From NCBI RefSeq assembly GCF_009914755.1, contig NC_060942.1: a DNA stretch of 64,000 nt; one strand, written 5' to 3'. This document shows positions 1 to 12,029 of this stretch, piece after piece. Each line of letters begins with the position of its first letter. The stretch's first letter is position 1. The notes beneath the pieces were generated by a model, which had not been told where the DNA came from, searched no databases, and was given only the letters and a program-made list of their open reading frames with translations. The stretch is from the human T2T-CHM13v2.0 reference genome, Homo sapiens. The position numbers and the translations under genes are program-made.

Positions 1-112
1 CTGGGTTTTGCCATGTTGGCCAGGTGGGTCTAGAATCCCTGACCTTAGGTGATCTGCCCGTCTCAGCCTCCCGAAGTGCTGGGATTACAGGCGTGAGCCA
101 CCGCTCCTGGTC
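1..112 (-). mobile_element. Alu left arm (cut by window edge)
   Basis: Reverse complement of Alu 5' end: gccatgttggccagg...gtgctgggattacaggcgtgagccaccgc. Confidence 0.95.
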
Positions 113-469
113 GCTCAATGCATTTTGATCAAATCAGCCTTATGGTGAAAAGATACCTGACGAAAGAGCTAATTAAATTAAAATCCAAGGTAGTAAATGA
201 TCAAATAAAAAACACAACATAGAAAAGTGACTGAATCTTGTTAATCCTCGAATTCTCTGCCCCACTTTTACTTTTACCCAAACCCGAACAGTGCCTGGGG
301 TGACCTAACAGGACACATTAGAGATGGAACAACTGCAAGTGTCACGGAATACAATCCATCTGGCACACTATCTGCTCTCAAGTGTCCCTCACAAAACATC
401 CTCCAGGTTATACTTAAATTCCCTCAGGAATAATAAGCTTACTGCCATCTACATTGTTGGACAGCTTTC

Positions 470-830
470 TATGTTAAAAAGGCAATTCCTATATTGGGCC
501 AAAAGCTGGCTTCTTATAAATTCCGCCCACTGGTCCTAATTCTGCCTCCAATGTAACATAGTGAAAGTCTATTTTCTCTTCTGTGTGTGGCCTTTCCCAT
601 GTCTGAAGACAGCTATCAGATCTGCACCACATGGAACTATTCTGCAAGCTACCTCTCCCCACCCCCATTCCCTTAACCATTCCTCCTTCGACCTGGTTTC
701 AGAACCACCCTTCCGAGTCATTACTCTTATCTGAATGCACTCCACATACCCATGATCCTCTAAAAGGTTCCCAAATCTGGGTGAAATACCTTTAAAATGC
801 TCAGTCTGGATAGTCACTTTCTACAGTGTG
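470..830 (-). mobile_element. L3/CR1 LINE relic
   Basis: Degenerate CR1-type motifs (ccactggtcctaattctgcc, tgaagacagctatca, aaccattcctc); boundaries approximate. Confidence 0.5.
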
Positions 831-1469
831 AATGAACACCATCCACCTTTTAATGAAGCCTAAGAGTACATCAACTTTTATCAAAGCTGAATCACTGTTA
901 ACTCACACCAAGTGTGGGATTATTTTAAGCTTTCATAACCATTTTAGATAAAATCCTCCCCACTGAGTCTCCCGTCCTCTAATTTTGTTGTTATCCCAGA
1001 ACTTGGCCATGACCAAAAAGAATGTCATGCATGTACTTCATTTCATACATGGACCTGTAGAGGTATGGTTGATAAGGAAAGGAATTCTTCCCTGAGTAGC
1101 TAAGGAACACTATGTAAATCACTTTCCATCCCACCTGCCAAATGGCACAGTAATGCCCACCCCACCTTCCTCGCCAGAGTAATGTAAGGCTCCACTGGAA
1201 TCATATGATTTGAAAAGGATTTGAAGAGTCAAAATAGTGACTCAAATGGAAATTTTTCAGATGACTCATTCTTCTTATACCCTAGTACCTTTTAACTATC
1301 TTTTGATGGCACCACAACACTTTCTGGGCCTCTGTCTTATGATAGTAGTGAGAGTGAGCCTTGTTTCTTTCAGTGGTTTGGTGTCCTGGAAAGAACCAGG
1401 GGCTAAATATCATAAGACCAACCATTACTAATTGTGTGACCATGAAAACACAGTTAACCTTATGGAAAT

Positions 1470-2027
1470 TGTCAATGCCCACTAGCCAAAGACCATCAGG
1501 AAAATATCTGTAGTCGACCCAGGTGGGTTTATTACTCTTTGTAGCAATAGAGAGCACACACCATGAGAAATTATGGGCATCTGAGTAAGAGAATGTTAGA
1601 AAGAACCTATTATAGCATTTGGGCCCTGGATGGGTGATATGGGGAAGGGTCTAAGGAAATAAAGGTTTACTTAAGATTGAATGCTATCAGAAAGTAGAGA
1701 CAAGTCTATGATTGGCAATCTCAATAAATTATTTCTATAGTGAGAATGAGAATCTGCAACTAGTAAAAAAAGTGGAATGCATTCATTCTACCCAAGAGAG
1801 GGTATGTTTGATGTTTCAGGGTGACACAGGGGCCTTGTTTTTGTCAGTGTTTAGACAAAATTATGAAGTTGGCTGTGCTTTGTCTCATTTTGTCTTGGTC
1901 TCAGAGTAACCTAGTTGGGGGTTTGTATACTTTGAGATTGTTTATGTCCAATAGGAGAGTAACATGGCCTAGCTGCGAGTGCCAGACCAGCTTTTGGATA
2001 TTAGAAGTTGCTCTTTTCTCTTTCTCA
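1470..2027 (-). mobile_element. ERV-class solo LTR (subfamily uncertain)
   Basis: TG...CA termini, ~560 bp, AATAAA near 3' end on minus strand, flanks gaaat/aaaat resemble a 5-bp TSD. Confidence 0.6.
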
Positions 2028-2901
2028 AAAATCTGTTTAACTACTTGTTGACCTTGAATCTCAGCTACCTCATCTAGAAAACATAAATAACAACCCTTAG
2101 CCTTGTTATCGGGGATCAAAGTGGCAACACTTATGAAATGCTTTGTCAACTCTGAAGTTGTTTGATAAATATGTAGCTCCTTTGTCCAGCTCTAGTCTCC
2201 AGGATCTAGATCTGTGGACTTTCTTGAATTTTCCTGGGCACTGTTAGGCTGTCACCCCTTAGAACAGAAATCTCACCTATAGCTTCATAGCTTGAGTCCT
2301 CCAAGGAAGCTGTTCTTGAACCTTTCTGATAAACCTCTTCACAGATGGAGCCAGCCAGTACTCTGCACTTGTTAGTGAATTATCTCCCTGACCAGCTAGA
2401 GCTGAGCTCTCTGGTAGGGCAGAATCTGGCAAGTCTGAATCCACCATCTCACACAATGCAGTCTGATAGTGATGACTGGCTTATATTTGGTTAATAAATA
2501 ATTACAGACTCTGAATTAAAACATCATGGGATATTAGATTTGGAAAACAAACATATCTTTGACCAAACCTCTTATTTTATAGTTGAGCAAATTAAGGATC
2601 AGAGAAGGGACGACCTCTTGAACTTATTTTCTGTGGTCTTTTCACCACAGTCACCCCAAACTGCATAAACCACAAAGACACAGGACTGGGTTTGACACAG
2701 TTCCTTTGCTTCTAGATCCTGACCTCAGCCAGTTGAGGACTTTTACACTTAAGTCCATATTTTCTTTCTTTCTTCTGCTGATGTCTTGGGCATAGTTTTT
2801 GTTGATCCAATTATATGGGCTATAAGCTCCTCATAGGAATAGACTGACTGGGAACAAAATTTGTATCTTAATTCAAGTAACATTTGGGAATAACACTTTT
2901 T

Positions 2902-3462
2902 TGTTGTACCAAACCTCCTTCAACTCCGGGGGTTGGGGGGCAGGGGAACAGGGTGGTGAGTGGCACCAGGTTTGAGAGGCCAAATAAGAGATCCACAGCC
3001 TGCAAATGAGACATGGGGTTTTGTGGGGGACATACAGGCAGGAGCGAGAGTCCAGTGGCAGCGGGCTGGACAGGAGAACCATTTTACATGCAGTCCAGTG
3101 GTAGCAGGCTGGACAGGAGAACTGCACCACCCAGGGACAATGGGCTGGGCTGAAAAACTACAACTGCTTGCAAAAAACATGCAGTTTATATAACATTTCC
3201 GCTTAGCACCCTCCCCCTAACAGCTTCTACCTGGCAACCTTCATTCAACCCAATATTCAGGGCCTCAATCTCCTGTACAATTGTGTTCTACAGGATAGGC
3301 CAGGGGCTCAGATGATACTCATAGACAAGGGATGGATTTATGGTTGGCCACTCCCAGATTCTCTAGCTCTGAACTCTGAATACACACATTCAGTGCATCT
3401 GCCATATAGGGTCATTCTCAGAGTATGCTTAAGTTATTGCTATCAGGTGTGTTTACCATACA
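2902..3462 (-). mobile_element. ERVL solo LTR (LTR32/LTR47-like)
   Basis: Minus strand starts tgtatggtaaacacacctgatagcaataacttaagcatac, as recalled for this LTR group; internal ~32-bp direct repeat at 3049/3092. Confidence 0.7.
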
Positions 3463-4304
3463 AATACTTGTGCTAGATGTTGGGAATACATATAGGGAGG
3501 AACTTAATATATTATGCTCTAGTTTCACAGAGCTTAGACTTTTACAGAAAGTTAGTACATGGCAGAATCTATTGAGCAGTATAATGGGGGTCAAGGACAA
3601 TGGGATTTTATTCTGTTTGAAAATATAGGGGAAGACTTCATGCAAAATAGGCCTGTATGTTAGCATTAGTCTCCATGACTTGGTCTGCAATACATTTAGC
3701 CACCAGGTTATGTCTCTCTGACTCTTCTGTAGTACTTAACTTTCTCCACCCCACTTTTGTTACCTGGAGAATAAGTGATTTCCTATCCTGAATTATAGAA
3801 AAGAATTCTATGCCCTTATGAATCAAAGTGAGTTTAAGGCTATTGTTATTAGTCCCTGAAATAGCTGTATCTTAGGCTGAATCTCTCTATAAAGAACTTA
3901 GAAAACTTCTAGACACTTGGTAGGCACTTGCTAAATACTTCTAATTGACACCAATGTCTTCAGATGTCTCTTTTTTACTTCACGTAGCTCTTTTGAAAAC
4001 AGCTGTAGATATCCCTTTTTTCTATGACCATGCCATTCATGGGCAGTATATGGGAGAGGAAGAGTTTACTTTAGAACTGCAAGTCAAGTTTAAAATTATC
4101 TAGTCCAACAATAGTAAGTAGTTTTAATCTCGAAGAAAAGCTCTATTTGGTTGATATTGGTTGTCTCCAATGCAGTGTTGAGAAGGATTCTAAGTGTTGT
4201 TCAGTGGGAAAGAATGTTGCCATCTAACAGCAATATGTGCTATGGGAACAGACTGCTTGGCTTCATTTGTGCTGCACATTTGCCTGCCCTGAGGTATTTC
4301 AACT

Positions 4305-4435
4305 GTTATATTTGACAGAAAAGCAAACTAAAAACCAGAGAAGAAAAATGACTTTCCCAAGATCACAGAATGGGTTAGCGAGAAAAGCAGGACCAAGACC
4401 TAGGTCTCCTGATTCAAATACAGTGCTTTTCCCAT
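4305..4435 (-). mobile_element. MIR SINE fragment
   Basis: acagaaaagcaaacta...tgactttcccaagatcacag...aggtctcctgattc core. Confidence 0.75.
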
Positions 4436-4601
4436 AATCCCATTCAGCTCCCAGAAGCACCAGGGAGATTCTATTCAGTGATGCGCAGAAAATGGAAGCA
4501 ACTGGCCTACTGTATACTAAAACAGCTCAGCTCCAGGTGGGAAACTTAGTGACCCTATGGAATCTCCTTCAGCCTAAGGCATTTCAGAATTCCACCAAGC
4601 T

Positions 4602-4723
4602 CATAGAATCCCAAAGGCTGAGTTTAGATGGTCTTAGAGATTATCCAGAGTAACCCACTCAGCCCATAGAATCCCAGAGGCTGTTTAGATGGTCTTAGAG
4701 ATTACCCAGAGCAACCACTCACC
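4602..4723. repeat. Tandem duplication, 2 x ~63 bp
   Basis: catagaatccca(a/g)aggctg..gtttagatggtcttagagatta..ccagag..aacc starts at 4602 and 4665. Confidence 0.9.
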
Positions 4724-5794
4724 AGTACAAAGTCTTGTCTACAGGTTTTCTGATAGCCCGCAACATTTTCATGTAGGCAATATTTACATGTGTTAGGCTC
4801 TCCCCTCCCTTCCCTTCTCTACTTCTCCCTTGTCTCCTGGGGTTCCCCTCACAGGCCTCCAGGTGTTCATATCCTCATGATGCTCTGGATCCAATTAGAC
4901 CTGCCACCCAGGCTTAATCTTGCCCCAAGTTGTTCCATGTGTCAGTTTCTAAACCACCATCCCAGCGGCATGTGCTAGGAGAGCAATCTGAAAAATAACC
5001 TTGCATGGCTGCCCTGGGCTCTGCTTGCCTGGGCTTCTTTATTTCCTCCACTTCTGAATGCATTGGTTCCCTCCTTTCTCTTCCCTGCACCCCCAAGAAG
5101 CCCCTGACAGTGATGTGAGGTGAGAAGGATGAGTGAGGTTAATCTGAAATTCATTTTCAGGATGGATTTGAAGAGAAAGACCAATATCAAGGATAAATCC
5201 CCAGAAAATGAACAAGTTTAGAGAGTCAAGGAAGGTCCCTGGGTTGGGCAGAGGGGAAAAGAGCTGCTTTTAGATGCAAGACATGCTAGCATAGGCACTA
5301 CACAGGAAAATAGAGATTGGAGGTAAATGGCATATGTGTGAAAATGAGAGAGCTAGGACTAGAAGTCTTTGTGCTTTCTCTTAAACCACTAGGACCTAAC
5401 CCACTGCATTAAAAGGAGGAGCGAGAACAAGTGAGGGGGCCACACAGACCCTCTCCTCTGGTTACTATGAACTGGGCTCACCTCCCGCAGTTGGTGATTT
5501 CACCTTCAAAGTGAATAGCAGCATGGCATTGTGGAAAGCACCCTCCCTGGACCAGTCTGGGAATCCATGAACAAATTCTCTTGCTGTAAAATGAAAAGGT
5601 CAGAACTTTGCTCCCTAAAGAGCTTCCTGGCTCTAAGATTTTCTTTGTTTCTCAGTAGGAATAAGCCCACCCACCTCATAAGGGAAATATTTCTCAATTT
5701 CTTAGGGCTGCAGGGGACACCCCTGAGTCACCCCCAACCTGCCTTAGCCTGAATCTGAGTAAAGGAAGGGATTTATGATCTAATGTTAGGCACT

Positions 5795-5809
5795 GCTGCC
5801 CTCTGCTGG
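5795..5809 (-). promoter_or_regulatory. CTCF core motif candidate
   Basis: Minus strand CCAGCAGAGGGCAGC matches CCASYAGRKGGCRS without mismatch. Confidence 0.55.
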
Positions 5810-7666
5810 ATGGTATGTAGCCAACTACCCCCACCCCCAACCAAAAGGTATTCAGTGCCTCTCCCCCCGACAACCCCCAGCTGTCCAGGGGCTGCCCTCG
5901 CATTGCCCCCACAGTGGTGACCTGTCTTGCATCTCATGTTGCAAGTGGAAAGCCACAAAAAAACTGAGGACCCAGGAGGGTATGTGTATGTGTGATTGTT
6001 GTGGGGAGATGGGAAGTGAGTGTAAATCCAAATAGCCAATTGCTGTCAATTATGTGAAAGTTCCTCTATGACTTCAGTGAGACCTTAACCAAGGTCCCAC
6101 TCAGCTGCAAACCATACACAGCTTTCCAGCATGATGGCACCTTCAAGTAAAGATGAACAGGGAGCTTTTAAGCTTCTCCTGCCTTTTATCATCGATGAGC
6201 TAAAACGCAGAAACAAAATGGGATAGTTGGATGTCGGGAGAACATCAGGATATTGTAATTGTCCTCCTCAGAGATGAAAAGGGAAGCTGAAAAACATCTG
6301 CACACTGAAATCTGCTCCAATGCACTAAGTGGGCCAAGAAAACCTGCAACCGCGAAGTGGGGCTGATTTACTGCTCTAATCACCAGCATCCAATCCGAAG
6401 CCAGACATTATCTTAAAGTACACACCACTTCCAGGTGGCGTGCAGCAAATGTTTGATTAGCACTACCAAATTCCCTGCAGGTTGATAACGCTTTCGAGTG
6501 TGCAGGAATCACAGGACCCCACACTAAGGGAGTTGGGCTGCTGCAAGCTCCACAGCAAGGTGTTTCCCTCTGGGTCAAAATCTTCCTAAGAAACACATCT
6601 CAGCCCTTCTTCCCAGGGTCTGAGACACGGGATTCAAATCAGCAGAAAGTAGAACTGAGCAGAGGAGAGAGGAGATGGATTTAGTAAGTGAGGAGAAACC
6701 AGGTTGTTTCTAGAGAGGATTGAAAACACAATAGAGGGAGAGTAGGAGATTAGTAAGACCCGTATAATATTCAATATATGTCAGGTGCTGAATATTTTAT
6801 ATCTCATTAATTCTCCCATTATAGTACATGGTTGCCACCACTATCTTCCTATTCTGCAAATGAAAGAACTGAGGTGTAAGTGACTTGCTCAAGATGTCTC
6901 AGCTATAAAATTATTATTGTATTATTTAAATTGGACTGACATTGATTAGGACTGACTTGAAAACCTTCAAAGTACACGGTTTGAAAGAATAGGGGATCAG
7001 ATGAGGCAATACAGATGTTAGGGTATTCCAGGGGTTATATAGAAAAGTAAGAGAAAGAACCTAAGTCAGTTGATAGCATCAGAAAAGATGGAAATAAAGT
7101 GGGCTTGAAGCAGCTGAAGCTTTCACTGAGCCCCCACCATGTCCCCAGGGTAGGGTTAAGGACTGTGGGTGTGGGTGAAGCAGAAAACACAATGACTGCC
7201 CACAGGAGCTTAGGGTCTATTTGAAGGTTGTTTGGGCCAGAAATAAGAGATGCTGTGGGGTTCAGAGACGAGGGCTATGTTTGACGAACAAGGATGATTC
7301 AAATCAGCAGAGAGAAGAGCATAAGCCAAGTTATGGAGGTGAAAGTGATGGTGGTGAGTTATTCTGGGGTAAGTGAGGAGTCCCAGATGAGAAGCTACAT
7401 CTGTCTAGCTGGAGTTGGTTCAAAAATTGCACCTGGAATCTACTTCTGGCTGGCTTTAAAACCCAAACTGAAGGGTCAAATGTCTCATGGAAATTTCATT
7501 TCTAAAACCCATAGATAGGGAAGGCCAGGCCAGTACAAGAACTCAGTTTTTGTGGCTTTTTGGGAGCTGGAACTCTGATTTCTGCAGTATCTTCTAGAAC
7601 TCAAAGACCGCAGGAGGGTCTTGCAAAACCAAAGCCAGCCATAAGCTTGTAGTCTGAAGGCACACG

Positions 7667-7680
7667 GCGCCCCCTAATGG
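7667..7680 (-). promoter_or_regulatory. CTCF core motif candidate
   Basis: Minus strand CCATTAGGGGGCGC, one mismatch, CpGs retained. Confidence 0.55.
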
Positions 7681-7886
7681 ACCCAAGCATTCCCTCTGTA
7701 CCTGGATTCTCTCTGTTCTCCACTATGGCTACCTGGCTGGGTACCATCCCGAAAAGATTTGCTTCCTGCCCCATGGCTGTGGGCAGACCAGCATTAGCAG
7801 ATTAACTGAGTCCTGCTAACACATAGCGCAGACTCCTCCTCCACTCAACAGCTGCTAAGTTCCCTGCTTTCAGAATTAGAAGAACA

Positions 7887-8139
7887 TCATGGTTGAGAGC
7901 ATAGACTTTGGGGCCAGGCCGGAATTTGAGCCTCTGCAGTAGTGCCAACTGGCTGTGGGACCTCGAACTGTTGATTAACCTCCAAAAGACTCAGTTTCCT
8001 CAACTGTAGAATTGAGATGCTGATAGTATCTACCTCCCAGGGCTGTTGTGAAGATGATGTTGATGATTTGTGTAAACCACTTAGCACATAACCAGGCACA
8101 TGGTGAGCACAGGCAGTAAATGGCAGCTTGTTATTATTA
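7887..8139 (+). mobile_element. MIR, near full length
   Basis: tggttgagagcatagactttgg...ctcagtttcctcaactgta...cttagcacataaccaggcacatggtgagcac...ttattatt. Confidence 0.9.
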
Positions 8140-8430
8140 GAATAATTGTGATTCAGTCTGAATTACTCACTATGACACTCTGTGAATATTAACTTTATCT
8201 CCCTCTAGACCTTGGCTTAAACTGTTTCTGGAGTATTCTTTTCTGAGTTACTCTTTTTCTCTAAACTGGGCTCAGCCCAGTTGCTACTACTTGCATTGGG
8301 CCCTCACAGATATTCTACTCATTGTGGAAATCTCTCTCCATAAGAATTTTGCTGTATCTCCCTTACAACTTCTGTATGTTACAACCATGTATGGCCATCT
8401 CTTTTTTCTGTCTTAAAAGGGTATGCTACT

Positions 8431-8648
8431 TATATCAGTCAAAATAGGCAAGGTTCTGCTACAGCATCAAGCAACCCCCTATTTCAAAGTATTAAACCCA
8501 TAGCTTGCCACAACTCCTCAGCCAGAATTAATTCTATGCCCTGCCCCCCAAACAAGGAGGCAGAAAATGTAACCCTCCCGCATCACCATGTCACTCCCAC
8601 AAGTAAGGAGAAACAGATATTTATGAGAATGACTGATGGTTACCACAC
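8431..8648 (-). mobile_element. Old MaLR LTR remnant (MLT1J/K-like), internally deleted
   Basis: atcagtcaaaataggcaaggttctgctacag start and ...taccaca end. Confidence 0.4.
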
Positions 8649-9126
8649 CCTGGAAAGCAAGGGCAGTCTCTAATTCTAAGTCTCCCTAGCAGTGTGCTTC
8701 ATAGGCAGTAAATGCACACTATAAATCTTTGGTGAATAACTGATAGGATATATTAGTTCACAATTATGTTATCTCTCTCAATCAATATCATATTTTGAAA
8801 TACATATCCAGATCAAAAATTTCTTAATGACTGCTAGTAGAAATTTCAGGTATCCTCAGGGCAAGTCAGAAGGGATGGCTTTGGGGACAGGGTCGAACTT
8901 TATTTCTCTCATGTCCACATCATGTCTCTTCGAATGTAGAAAGTTGTATGAGCTATTATGACAATCAACTGAGAAGGATTATTTGCCTTCAGGAAACTGA
9001 TTCACACACTAAACAGCATTTACACATGAAACAGCTGGAAGAAAATTGAGGCTATTTGTCAAAAATGCATGAAAGCCGGTATAGGCTTTGTCCATAGGGC
9101 AGACTGAAAAGTGGGGGAATCTCTCA

Positions 9127-9192
9127 TGAGGTCAGGTTATGTGCAAAGAGGTCATTTTTGAGGTCAGGTTATGTGCAAAGGAGGTCATTTTT
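9127..9192. repeat. Tandem duplication, 2 x 32 bp
   Basis: tgaggtcaggttatgtgcaaag(g)aggtcatttt starts at 9127 and 9159. Confidence 0.95.
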
Positions 9193-9271
9193 TAAAGGCT
9201 GTATACAGCTTGGGAAGGCTCAAAGGAGGATGAAGTCCTGGATTGCCCTAAGCTCACCTTGCTCATATCTT

Positions 9272-9558
9272 TTTTTTTTTTTTTTTTTTTTTGAGACGGA
9301 GTCTCACTGTGTGCCCAGGCTGGAGTGCAGTGGCGAGATCTCGGCTCACTGCAAGCTCCGCCTCCTGGGTTCACGCCATTCTCCTGCCTCAGCCTCCCTA
9401 CAGGTGCCTGCCAACACGCCCGGCTAATTTTTTGTATTTTTAGTAGAGATGGGGTCTCACCATGTTAGCCAGGTTAGTCTCGATCTCCTGACCTCGTGAT
9501 CCACCTGCCTTGGCCTCCCAAAGTGCTGGGATTACAGGCATGAGCCACCGCGCCCGGC
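9272..9558 (-). mobile_element. AluY with ~13-bp internal deletion
   Basis: AluY diagnostics (gcaagctccgcc, ttcacgccattc, tgttagccagg, gacctcgtgatcc), poly-T tail, TSD tgctcatatctt at 9260-9271 and 9559-9570. Confidence 0.95.
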
Positions 9559-11669
9559 TGCTCATATCTTAAATAAACCAGGCACCTGAAATGAAGTCTT
9601 GCTTTACTGTGGCTGGAAAACAATTTCACTCCTCAGCTCTTGACAGCAAGAGCTCTTATAATAAAAGACAGGGCATAGGCTGGTTGGATAGCATCTTCCA
9701 TTCCTAGATACCCTTCCTGGTATCTAGGGCTATTTTTCGTCTGTTCCCTTCAGTGCCCCAAGATTGCGAATACCTGGGGTTGAAGATTTTTATATATTGA
9801 GATGCTGAATCTCTAATCCTTTCTCTCTGCCACCCGCCCTTATATTCCCCAAGAGAACACTTAAGAATAGGAATTCCACTCCATGTTTCTCATCCCAGAT
9901 ACCAACTAGACAGAAGGGCATATTGGCACTTGCATGAAGAAGAGGTACAAACTCTTCACAAGCTCCTCAATGTGACCTATGAAGACAGGAGGTCGCTGAA
10001 GGCCACAGGTGCACACAAATACGCATTTGTGAGTGATAGGATGATAAAGCAAAGGAATTATGCTTCCAAATGTGGATTGGCTTCTTCAAAGAAGGCACAT
10101 TGATGGGCTAGCATCTAGTGAAGATTTTAAAATATTGAATAAATAAGGGAAAATAGAAGTTAAATATTCATATATAAATATGTGCATAAAAATAGAGACA
10201 GTAATCTGGCATGGATGAGAATTTGCATTAACCCTTTGAGAGGCAAAACCTTTTGATTTCAAATCATTTTGATGTAAATTTTCATAAAATGTATGACACC
10301 TGTGCAAGCCCTGGTATGTAGAGAAAACTGACCATTTTGAGATTATGTGCTGGTGATAAAAAGCACCTTTCTGACCAGCTATTGGGCTGGCTATGGAAGC
10401 TCACAGCTTGAGTGATGGGATGGAACATGTGCTAATTGCAAGACAAGTTTGCGACTTGTTTTCCTGACTAAATTTGCTTATTGGTTTGATGCTCTATAAT
10501 TTCTCTATCTCATAAATATGGACTACAGAATCCATCTACATCATTTTTGGAGCCAAGTAACATAGCTCTCTCTCTCCAAAAGTAATGGTCAATCCAGTGG
10601 TCAAATGAGGCTTTTCCAAAAGGATTGTCTCATTATTCATCAAGTCATACTATTTTCTCATAATCAAGGGCTGACCATTCTTGCAGTATAAAAAGCATTA
10701 TTCTTATAGCTACTTCAGGATCCCAAATCAACTTCAACCAGCCTTCTTTCTTTCTTGGATTAAGTTAATAGGTTAAAAAGTGTGACATTTTAGGAATTTT
10801 CTACCAAAGGTTCTTAAAGAGTTGTTCAACTAAAGAGCTAAAAGGTGCTTTATATTTGAGAATATTTGCTTACAGGTGCCAGAGGCAATATAGGCTTAGG
10901 CAAAATAAGAAAATAGTTAAAGTCTGACATGAACTTGATGGGTCTCTCTACCCTATTTCTCTCCTCTTGTCCCACACTCACCCCCACTCCAAAATATCTG
11001 TGAATTAAATCCCACACCCACTGTAAGGAGTAAAAACGATGACCCTGAAAAAAGATCTTTGCATTTTGATGGATATCCAAACTTTAAGCTTCGAGAATGT
11101 AACTGTAGCACGTAAAAGTCCCATTGGGATATCTCTGTACCTTCCTCCTTCCTCTCAATTTTGCTAGAATGAAACCTAAAACTGCTCCAAATAAATAAAA
11201 TGAAAAGTGAACCTAAAACTGCCCTAAAAATATAAAGTTAAAATCTCGTTGGTATTTGGGGGAGAATTTGAGAGGCTGAAAAGGCTTTGCCATAGGCCCT
11301 GGAACTGCAGAACATAGGGAATGCTTATTCTGCCTGCACGCAAGGCTGCAGACAGGACAAAAATCGACACGAGCACTGGGAGAAAACCAAGTTCTGAGAC
11401 TGGCTCTGATATGTCCAGGTGGTACCAACAGGAGACCTTCATTTGTCCTGCTTCCTCTGGTCCTGAGCACCATCTTGTCACTGGGCTTCATGAAGCAACC
11501 AGTGAACAATCTCAGGAGTATCTAATCACTTCCTCAGTGCTTGTAGGGCTCCAAGAATGGGACACTCAGGGTAAACTGAGTGATCTTCCCATATGCTAAG
11601 CTTTATGGTAGAAATGGTGCTCCACTGTGCTGTTTACCAGTGTTGTCTGCCCCACGCCCTAGTAGGTGA

Positions 11670-11870
11670 ATTTATTCATGTATCATTAAACAAATATTCA
11701 CTGAGCACCTAATAAATACCAGATATTGTTCTGCTAGTAAACAGAGACACAAAAATTTTATCCTAATGGAGCCTATATTTTATTACCTGAGAGAGAGAAT
11801 AATAAAAGATGCACACATAAGAGAGGGTATATATAAAGTGTTAGGAGGTGAGGGTGAATACGGAAGGGGT
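11670..11870 (-). mobile_element. L2 3' end fragment
   Basis: attcatgtatcattaaacaaatattcactgagcacct...atggagcctatatt. Confidence 0.7.
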
Positions 11871-12029
11871 ACAATTTCAGATGGGATGGTCAGGTCTGAA
11901 AAATCTAAAGGGAATGATCACAATTGCTACCTGTCATGCAATGGCTGCTGGAGCCAGGCACCAAGCTGCGCACCTTTCACCCAGATCGTATAATGCTCAC
12001 AATAACCAGGTGAGACGCTCAATATTGTT

